Positions 1 to 9,225 of a stretch of 64,000 bases of DNA are shown piece after piece; position 1 is the first letter of the stretch, and the number at the start of each line of letters is the position of its first letter. The notes beneath the pieces are model-generated. The model did no database searches, was not told the DNA's origin, and saw nothing but the letters and a program-made list of their open reading frames with translations. The translations under genes and the position numbers were made by a program. Origin of the DNA: Macrostomum hystrix (taxonomy: Eukaryota; Animalia; Platyhelminthes); NCBI GenBank assembly GCA_950097015.1, contig CATNEN010000038.1:17236001-17300000 (forward strand). Reading direction: 5' to 3'.

Positions 1-39
1 AGGCATAGTGGGGCGACAGGTAAAGTAAGTTGACAGTTT

Positions 40-817
40 TAATGGGTAGAGTAGGTAGGCATTGTGAATGGTAGAGTAGGTAGGCATTGTGAATGGTAGA
101 GTAGGTAGGCATTGTGAATGGTAGAGTAGGTAGGCATTGTGAATGGTAGAGTAGATAGGCATTGTGAATGGTAGAGTAGGTAGGCAGTGTGAATGTTAGA
201 GTAGGTAGGCATTGTGAATGGTAGAGTAGGTAGGTAGTGTGAATGTAAGAGCAGGTAGGCAGTGTGAATGTTAGAGTAGGTAGGCATTGTGAATGGTAGA
301 GTAGGTAGGTAGTGTGAATGCAAGAGCAGGTAGGCAGTGTGAATGTAAGAGCAGGTAGGCAGTGTGAATGTAAGAGCAGGTAGGCAGTGTGAATGTAAGA
401 GCAGGTAGGCAGTGTGAATGTAAGAGCAGGTAGGCAGTGTGAATGCAAGAGCAGGTAGGCAGTGTGAATGTAAGAGCAGGTAGGCAGTGTGAATGCAAGA
501 GCAGGTAGGCAGTGTGAATGTAAGAGCAGGTAGGCAGTGTGAATGTAAGAGCAGGTAGGCAGTGTGAATGTAAGAGCAGGTAGGCAGTGTGAATGTAAGA
601 GCAGGTAGGCAGTGTGAATGCAAGAGCAGGTAGGCAGTGTGAATGTAAGAGCAGGTAGGCAGTGTGAATGTAAGAGCAGGTAGGCAGTGTGAATGCAAGA
701 GCAGGTAGGCAGTGTGAATGTAAGAGCAGGTAGGCAGTGTGAATGTAAGAGCAGGTAGGCATTGTGAATGGTAGAGCAGGTAGGCATTGTGAATGGTAGA
801 GTAAGTAGGTAGTGTAA
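40..817. repeat. 25-bp minisatellite (GCAGGTAGGCAGTGTGAATGTAAGA) in the CHMP1A intron
   Basis: About 31 tandem copies read directly; the array ends about 25 nt before the acceptor at 844. Confidence 0.95.
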
Positions 818-844
818 ATGACAATTTCCAATATTTGTCTCCAG

Positions 845-1177
845 GTGACCAAGGACCTCGAGCGCGCCATGTCCAGCATGAACCTAGAAGAGGTAGAGAA
901 GGTGATGGGCAAATTCGAGAAGACCTTCGAAGATTTGGACGTGCGCACTCAGACTGTGGAGTCGTCAATGGGCACCGCTATGACTCTATCCGCTCCCGAG
1001 GATCAGGTTAATTCGCTAATTCAGCAGGTAGCAGACGAGAACGGTCTGGAAGTCGCTGACCAGCTGGCCGGCTTGGCGCCCGCAGCTCGGGCCGCGCCCG
1101 GAGCCGCCTCCGTCCAGTCGGAGGAGCGGAAACGCGAGGACGAGCTCAATAGGCGACTAGCCCAGCTCAGGCAGTGA
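845..1177 (+). CDS. CHMP1A: ESCRT-III subunit CHMP1A, last coding exon (upstream exons outside the window or uncertain)
   Basis: After ctccag|: VTKDLERAMSSMNLEEVEKVMGKFEKTFEDLDV...QVADENGLEVADQL...EDELNRRLAQLRQ*, matching the Snf7-family CHMP1A C-terminal half and its MIM1 motif. Confidence 0.9.
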   Translation: MTKDLERAMSSMNLEEVEKVMGKFEKTFEDLDVRTQTVESSMGTAMTLSAPEDQVNSLIQQVADENGLEVADQLAGLAPAARAAPGAASVQSEERKREDELNRRLAQLRQ

Positions 1178-1346
1178 AGCCCTTCTAATTGTTACTATGC
1201 GGTTCGTGTTCTTGTAAATGATAACTGCCTTAACTTCAGTAAATTGCGACTTGGATAATTCGCCTGCTGTTCCAAGCTTCTGCTGAGATATCAATGACCT
1301 ACTCAATGTCCCTATGTTAGCTGCTATGACCTGCTGAAGAATGACT

Positions 1347-3040
1347 AGTTATAATGACCTACTGAATGACTCAATACTGTAGAGTTATAATGACCTACTG
1401 AATGACTCAATATTGTAGAGTTATAATGACCTACTGAATGACACAATACTGTAGAGTTATAATGACCTACTGAATGACACATTATTGTAGTGTTATAATG
1501 ACCTACTGAATGACACATTATTGTAGTGTTATAATGACCTACTGAATGACACATTATTGTAGTGTTATAATGACCTACTGAATGACACATTATTGTAGAG
1601 TTATAATGACCTACTGAATGACTCAATATTGTAGAGTTATAATGACCTACTGAATGACTCATCATTGTAGAGTTATAATGACCTACTGAATGGCTCAATA
1701 TTGTAGAGTTATAATGACCTACTGAATGGCTCATTATTGTAGAGTTATAATGACCTACTGAATGACTCATTATTGTAGAGTTATAATGACCTACTGAATG
1801 GCTCATTATTGTAGAGTTATAATGACCTACTGAATGACTCAATATTGTAGAGTTATAATGACCTACTGAATGACTCAATATTGTAGAGTTATAATGACCT
1901 ACTGAATGGCTCATTATTGTAGAGTTATAATGACCTACTGAATGACTCAATATTGTAGAGTTATAATGACCTACTGAATGACTCAATATTGTAGAGTTAT
2001 AATGACCTACTGAATGACTCATCATTGTAGAGTTATAATGACCTACTGAATGGCTCATTATTGTAGAGTTATAATGAACTACTGAATGGCTCATTATTGT
2101 AGAGTTATAATGACCTACTGAATGACTCAATATTGTAGAGTTATAATGACCTACTGAATGACTCAATATTGTAGAGTTATAATGACCTACTGAATGACTC
2201 AATATTGTAGAGTTATAATGACCTACTGAATGACTCAATATTGTAGAGTTATAATGACCTACTGAATGACTCATTATTGTAGAGTTATAATGACCTACTG
2301 AATGACTCAATATTGTAGAGTTATAATGACCTACTGAATGACTCATCATTGTAGAGTTATAATGACCTACTGAATGACTCAATATTGTAGAGTTATAATG
2401 ACCTACTGAATGACTCAATATTGTAGAGTTATAATGACCTACTGAATGGCTCATTATTGTAGAGTTATAATGACCTACTGAATGACTCATCATTGTAGAG
2501 TTATAATGACCTACTGAATGACTCATTATTGTAGAGTTATAATGACCTACTGAATGACTCAATATTGTAGAGTTATAATGACCTACTGAATGACTCAATA
2601 TTGTAGAGTTATAATGACCTACTGAATGACTCAATATTGTAGAGTTATAATGACCTACTGAATGACTCAATATTGTAGAGTTATAATGACCTACTGAATG
2701 ACTCAATATTGTAGAGTTATAATGACCTACTGAATGGCTCATTATTGTAGAGTTATAATGACCTACTGAATGACTCATTATTGTAGAGTTATAATGACCT
2801 ACTGAATGACTCAATATTGTAGAGTTATAATGACCTACTGAATGACTCAATATTGTAGAGTTATAATGACCTACTGAATGACTCAATATTGTAGAGTTAT
2901 AATGACCTACTGAATGACTCAATATTGTAGAGTTATAATTACCTACTGAATGACTCAATATTGTGGAGTTATAATGAACTACTGAATGACTCAATATTTT
3001 AGAGTTATAATGACCTACTGAATGACTCAATATTGTTGAG
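1347..3040. repeat. 36-bp minisatellite (GTAGAGTTATAATGACCTACTGAATGACTCAATATT)
   Basis: About 47 near-identical copies; degenerate seed-like sequence at 1290-1345. Confidence 0.95.
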
Positions 3041-3789
3041 TTGCTGCATCTGTGACCATTTTGGAAAAAATGTGATCAAGCAGTAAGCAAGTCCTCTAAG
3101 CAGTGATGTGTGCTTGTTTAAATTAAACCTTGTCTTAGTTTTATTATATCATATAAATCAAGTTTCTAATCTGTTCCAATTATTTTTTCAACTCAAAGTG
3201 TAAATGATTGTTTTTAATTTGAAAAGTCAGGTAATTTTAAAAAAGACAAAGAACATGTGTTTTATTTTTATTTCCTGATTCGCTTCAATAAAAATTTGAA
3301 CGTGTTGTTACAAAATGTTTCCTAATAATTTATGTTCAGCATCCTATTTAATCGTTTGGCTTTTTGTATCAATCAGACCAACAACTTTCGTATTATTATT
3401 CTTATATATTGTTGTACGTAAAAATGTATTTTTGTAGCATTATGCCTACGTCTCTTGGTTGAGGCTATCTTAGAGTTGTTTAAAAAATAGCTAAAATGAT
3501 TTGGTTCTATAATAAAACTGCATTAATTTCCCCAACACACACACGTAAATATTCAGTTGCATTGGTCTTTGCAGACTCTGCGGACTCTAGCTCTGCTTGT
3601 GTTTTAAGAATAAAAAAGAAACAATAAATTTTCTTTTCACTTAATTAAAATATGAAAATAATAAATGCTTCAATTTAATTTTAAGTTCTTTATTGTTTTG
3701 TATGAAAATATTTCTTTTTTTTGCATTTCTTTACTTGACAGAAGGATTACATTTTATGTGGCATGCAAAGATTACTTAAGTTCTTAGGC

Positions 3790-4775
3790 TGAGCTGTCAT
3801 CTTCCCAGAATCCCAGATCCTCAGTTTGAACTGCCAACATCCCAGATCCTCAAGATGAGCTGTCATCTTCCCAGAATCCCAGATCCTCAAGTTGAACTGT
3901 CATCATCCCAGATCCTCAAGATGACCTGCCAATCTCAGATCCTCAAGATGAACTGTCATCATCCCAGATCCTCAAGATGAACTGACATAATCCCAGATCC
4001 TCAAGATGAACTGTCATCATCCCAGATCCTCAAGATGAACTGACATAATCCCAGATCCTCAAGATAAACTGGCATTATCCCAGATCCTCAAGATGAACTG
4101 GCATTATCCCAGATCCTCAAGTTGACCTGCAAATATCCCAGATCCTCAAGATGAACTGTCATTATCCCAGATCCTCAAGATGAACTGTCATCATCCCAGA
4201 TCCTCAAGATGAACTGACATAATCCCAGATCCTCAAGATGAACTGACATTATCCCAGATCCTCAAGATAAACTGGCATTATCCCAGATCCTCAAGATGAA
4301 CTGGCATTATCCCAGATCCTCAAGTTGACCTGCAAATATCCCAGATCCTCAAGATGAACTGTCATCATCCCAGATCCTCAAGATGAACTGACATAATCCC
4401 AGATCCTCAAGATGAACTGTCATCATCCCAGATCCTCAAGATGAACTGACATAATCCCAGATCCTCAAGATGAACTGTCATCATCCCAGATCCTCAAGTT
4501 GAACTGTCATCATCCCAGATCCTCAAGTTGAACTGTCATCATCCCAGATCCTCAAGATGACCTGCCAATCTCAGATCCTCAAGATGAACTGTCATCATCC
4601 CAGATCCTCAAGATGACCTGCCAATCTCAGATCCTCAAGATGAACTGTCATCATACCAGATCCTCAATTTGAACTGCCAATATCCCAGATCCTCAAGATG
4701 AACTGCCAACATCCCAGATCCTCAAGATGAACTGCCAACATCCCAGATCCTCAAGTTGAACTGTCATTATCCCGG
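3790..4775. repeat. 29-bp minisatellite (ATCCCAGATCCTCAAGATGAACTGTCATC)
   Basis: About 34 tandem copies. Confidence 0.95.
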
Positions 4776-4868
4776 ATCAATCACTTTCAAATACTTTTGA
4801 ATACACCAAATACTTTCATCAAATTCCAGCTAAAACGAGGTCAATTCCTGGAAATCTAAATATTGAAA

Positions 4869-5372
4869 ATGTCCAGCAAATGCAACACAGAAGCTTCTGA
4901 TGCTTCTGCCAAGACTTCGATAACGGAATGTTCGTCATCGTCTGACACTGCGTCGGCTACTGCTGCAGCTGCTTCATCAGTCGCAGCCGAGGCTTCATCA
5001 AGCGGCGCATTGGCCAACAAGGCCTCAGCCGGTCTGAGCGTCCTGGAGTTGGAGCTGAAATTTCAGCACCGATTCACCGCGCTTGACGAAGAGTTTCAGG
5101 CCTGCTGGCGTAGGGAGCGCTCGCCACCTCCGCCTGTGGTGACTAAATGGTATCGGAATCCCTGGCGCCAGTACGACTGGACGCGAGAGGGTCAGCGGCA
5201 GCGGCAGCAGCAGCATTATCATCAGCGTTACCATGGCAACGAGCGGCGCGACGATTATTATCGACGCAATGAAACACCTAGGAATAATTCAAAGGGCGTT
5301 AAGCGTCACTATTCGGATAGGAATGGTGACAGTGCTAGCGCTGCTAAAAGCCAATATTATCGCCGGCATTGA
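4869..5372 (+). CDS. RAMAC: RNMT-activating mini-protein (RAM/FAM103A1)-like, intronless
   Basis: ELELKFQHRFTALDEEFQACWRRERSPPPPVVTKW aligns with the RAM activation domain (human [34 protein letters not shown]), followed by an R/Q/Y/N-rich tail; ATG at 4869. Confidence 0.8.
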   Translation: MSSKCNTEASDASAKTSITECSSSSDTASATAAAASSVAAEASSSGALANKASAGLSVLELELKFQHRFTALDEEFQACWRRERSPPPPVVTKWYRNPWRQYDWTREGQRQRQQQHYHQRYHGNERRDDYYRRNETPRNNSKGVKRHYSDRNGDSASAAKSQYYRRH

Positions 5373-5539
5373 TTCTACTGACAGTTATTGCATGTATATA
5401 ATAATTTAAAATATGCTTTTCAAAAAATCCTCTTGCAACAATCATAAAAGTCTAAACAGTCTCAGTTCTGTTTAATTGTTTCAAATTAGCTTTATTGAAG
5501 ATTTTAAAATTAATATGACAAGCGAACTAACCTAGTAAT

Positions 5540-6160
5540 AAAACCAACCTCCTGGGAATCGAACCAACCTCCTGGGAATCGAACCAAACTCCTGGGAATC
5601 GAACCACCACCTGGGTTTCGAAACAACCTTAAAATCGAACCACCTCCTGGGTTTCGAAACAACCTCCTTAAAATCGAACCACCTCCTGGGAATCGAACCA
5701 CCCCCTGAGAATCGAACCATCCCCTGAGAATCGAACCACCCCCTGGGAATCGAACCATCCCCTGAGAATCGAACCACCCCCTGAGAATCGAACCACCCCC
5801 TGGGAATCGAACCACCCCCTGGGAATCGAACCACCCCCTGAGAATCGAACCACCCCCTGGGAATCGAACCACCCCCTGAGAATCGAACCACCCCCTGAGA
5901 ATCGAACCATCCCCTGAGAATCGAACCACCCCCTGGGAATCGAACCACCCCCTGGGAATCAAACCACCCCCTGAGAATCGAACCACCCCCTGAGAATCGA
6001 ACCACCCCCTGGGAATCGAACCATCCCCTGAGAATCGAACCATCCCCTGAGAATCGAACCACCCCCTGAGAATCGAACCACCCCCTGGGAATCGAACCAT
6101 CCCCTGAGAATCGAACCACCCCCTGAGAATCGAACCACCCCCTGGGAATCGAACCAACCA
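5540..6160. repeat. 20-bp minisatellite; each unit carries a tRNA B-box (GGTTCGATTCC/T on the minus strand)
   Basis: Unit GAATCGAACCACCCCCTG(G/A)G, about 31 copies. Confidence 0.95.
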
Positions 6161-6640
6161 CAAATCGAAATCAGTCTAAGGAATTGACGTAAACTTAATG
6201 GAATTAGCTCAGTATTACTTTTATCTCGGCCCCTAATAGGAATCAGCTCAAACAAAAGAGTTAAACCATAAATAAAAAAATTACGTTTTCAAATTTAAAA
6301 GTTGCCAATGTCAACTGCTGAACATAAAATCTATCAGCTAAAAATTCATGCTTTCACTCACTTGTTTAAATTTGTTAACTTTTGAGAATAACTTTGTTAT
6401 ACCGCCTCTTCCGGTGTTTTCCCTAATTGCAGCGATGTTGTAACAAATTTAACTTTGCTAGAAAATACGAGTGGTTAAATTTTGGTTATGCAAGTTGTCA
6501 ATTGGACCAGAATGTTATGTCAAGTATTTTATTAAAATATACATATTATTATGTGTGTCTGCTTGTTCTTTGACACACTCTTGTGCACTTTATTGAGGGC
6601 TAAAAGCATTGCTCGTACGAGAGAAAAAATAGTTTTTTCG

Positions 6641-7055
6641 AATTCCAGTCCATACACCCACCCTAACTCCAGCCCATACACCCACCCTAACTCCAGCCCA
6701 TACACCCACCCCAACTCCAGTCCATACACCCACCCCAACTCCAGTCCATACACCCACCCCAACTCCAGTCCATACACCCACCCCAACTCCAGTCCGTACA
6801 CCCACCCCAACTCCAGTCCGTACACCCACCCCAACTCCAGTCCGTACACCCACCCCAACTCCAGTCCATACACCCACCCCAACTCCAGTCCATACACCCA
6901 CCCCAACTCCAGTCCGTACACCCACCCCAACTCCAGTCCGTTCCCCCAACAAAACTCCACTCTTCACACCCACCAAAACTCTAGTCCTTTCACCCACTCC
7001 AACTCCAGTCAGTACACCCACCCCAACTCCAGTCAGTACACCCACCCTAACTTCA
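6641..7055. repeat. 24-bp C-rich minisatellite (CCCACCCCAACTCCAGTCCATACA)
   Basis: About 17 copies immediately upstream of METTL5. Confidence 0.95.
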
Positions 7056-7100
7056 TTCCCCACTCTTTAAAGCTACAACTAGAGTCACTAGGATTAGCAC

Positions 7101-7937
7101 ATGACTCACCTTGGTGCAAAACCAGTCCATTTTGTGATAATGCAGGCTACTCCGCTTGTTCGCAATCGAAAACAGCTTGAGTCGCTGCTACAACAGGTGC
7201 CAAGCTTCAGTGATCCTCAGCAGCGCTGGGAACAGTATGTCACACCTGGCCAGGTAGCCGCCAGCTGGCTATACGATGTACAAATGCGCTGGGACTGTTT
7301 CACACCTAAGCGAGCAGTGTTAGACCTGGGCTGCGGTCCTGGCGCACTTATGATTGGCTGTCTGGCCTTAGGCGCCGGCTACGCCTGCGGTGTAGATATT
7401 GACTCCGGCGCATTGACCGATTGTCGATCTAATCTACAAGAGTTCTTTCCCGCGGACGATGACGCGGCTTCTGTTAGTTGGGATCTGTTGCAAGCGGATG
7501 TGACCCGACTGGCTGCTGCAGCTTCAAATCGATTGAATCGGTTGAACCAATTCGACACCGTGATTACTAATCCGCCGTTTGGCACTTTTGACGCCTCCGC
7601 CGATAGGCACAGAAAAGGCGGCAGGGGTGGTCGAGTTGGCGGCCGTTCATCTTCCGCAACATCAAAGGGTGCCGATTTGGCCTTCCTAGAAGCCGGCATT
7701 GCATTAACGAATCGATTAGTTTTCTCGCTGCATAAAACTGTCACACTGCCTCACGTGATGGAGCGAGCCAGAACTGCTTGCCAGCGGCGGCTGCAGTCTT
7801 CAACGGCTGTTGAAGGTCGGGATTTCAGCGTCACCGCGGTGGCAAATCTCAGATATAATCTAGATCGCTCCTACAAGCATCATCGACTAGATTCAAAGGA
7901 TATTGAGGTCAGCGTGTTGGAAGTGGCCATCTTGTAA
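7101..7937 (+). CDS. METTL5: 18S rRNA N6-adenosine methyltransferase METTL5, intronless (start may be ATG 7140)
   Basis: KQLESLLQQV..F..P....EQYVT, SAM motif VLDLGCGPG, VDID, NPPFGT, KGADLAFL, VFSLHK, LRYNLDRSYKHHRLDSKDIEV all match METTL5. Confidence 0.93.
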   Translation: MTHLGAKPVHFVIMQATPLVRNRKQLESLLQQVPSFSDPQQRWEQYVTPGQVAASWLYDVQMRWDCFTPKRAVLDLGCGPGALMIGCLALGAGYACGVDIDSGALTDCRSNLQEFFPADDDAASVSWDLLQADVTRLAAAASNRLNRLNQFDTVITNPPFGTFDASADRHRKGGRGGRVGGRSSSATSKGADLAFLEAGIALTNRLVFSLHKTVTLPHVMERARTACQRRLQSSTAVEGRDFSVTAVANLRYNLDRSYKHHRLDSKDIEVSVLEVAIL

Positions 7938-8130
7938 TGCGGCAATTCTTGCAATTGGCGCTTGCGTAGTTGGAAAATATACAAGCTAATTGACATGATT
8001 GAAGTCTATAGATTAAATGTCATTTCGCATTTATGCAACCTTGATGTAGGTTGAGAATAAATTTTGTATCTATTTATCGATTGTTGTATTTTTCATTTAT
8101 AATTATCAGCGATTCAACGAGATAGTAATC

Positions 8131-9056
8131 TAGAGAATCGCTTTTAATCTCATCGTGAATCGCTTTTAATCTCGTTGAAAATCGTTTGCAATCTCGTTGA
8201 AAATCGCTTGCAATCTCATGGAGAATCGCTTGTAATCTCATAGAGAATCGCTTATAATCTCATGGAGAATCGCTTTTTATTTTTATTTTACGATCGTATA
8301 TTGTAAATTCTTTAGACAATGACAATTTACAGAATTTAAAGCGATTCTCTATGAGATTGCAAGCGATTCTCTATGAGATTGCAAGCGATTCTCCATGAGA
8401 TTGCAAGCGATTCTCTATGAGATTGCAAGCGATTCTCTATGAGATTGAAATCGATTCTCAGTGAGATTAAAAGCGATTCTCAATGAGATTGAGAGCGATT
8501 CTCAATGAGATTAAAAGCGATTTTCAACGAGATTGCAAGCGATTCTCAATGAGATTGAAAGCGATTCTCCATGAGATCGCAAGCGATTCTCTATGAGATT
8601 GCAAGCGATTCTCCATGAGATTAAAAGCGATTCTCCATGAGATTAAAAGCGATTCTCCATGAGATTACAAGCGATTCTCCATGAGATTACAAGCGATTCT
8701 CTATGAGATTAAAAGCGATTCTCCATGAGATTAAAAGCGATTCTCGATGAGATTGAGAGCGATTCTCAATGAGATTAAAAGCGATTCTCAACGAGATTGC
8801 AGGCGGTTCTCAATGAGATTGAAAGTGATTCTCCATGAGATTGCAAGCGATTCTCTATGAGATTGCAAGCGATTCTCCATGAGATTACAAGCGATTCTCT
8901 ATGAGAATGCAAGCGATTCTCAATGAGATTGAAAGCGATTCTCCATGAGATTGCAAGCGATTCTCCATGAGATTGCAAGCGATTCTCCATGAGATTACAA
9001 GCGATTCTCTATGAGATTAAAAGCGATTCTCTATGAGATTGCAAGCGATTCTCCAT
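8131..9056. repeat. 22-bp minisatellite arranged as two inverted arms (8131-8275 reverse; 8338-9056 forward)
   Basis: Unit GCGATTCTCTATGAGATTGCAA; the left arm reads its reverse complement. Confidence 0.92.
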
Positions 9057-9225
9057 TGACGAAAGATACATCAAAAGATTCGTATTGCATGCAGTGCGCA
9101 CTTAATCAGACTGCGGGTTTTGTCTATGGTAAAATGTCTATCCCAAACTGACAAGAGGATAGATAAAATACCCCGGGTGAGAATAATTATGTGCTGTGAT
9201 TCCGTATGAGGAACATTATCCCGAA

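Noticed and set aside
1-19. Possible upstream CHMP1A exon ending cag|gtaaag
   Set aside because: The phase fits, but the peptide GIVGRQ does not convincingly match CHMP1A and is too short to call
39-3030. Long ORFs with periodic peptides (39-968, 271-948, 1345-3030; likewise 5510-6255, 6532-7180, 46443-46918, 52219-53069, 53757-55025, 56149-57736)
   Set aside because: Translations of minisatellites that happen to lack stops; they are intronic or intergenic, often open in several frames, and have no domain content
1347-3040. CRISPR-like reading of the 29-37-bp repeats
   Set aside because: Units are head-to-tail with no unique spacers; no cas genes; eukaryotic context
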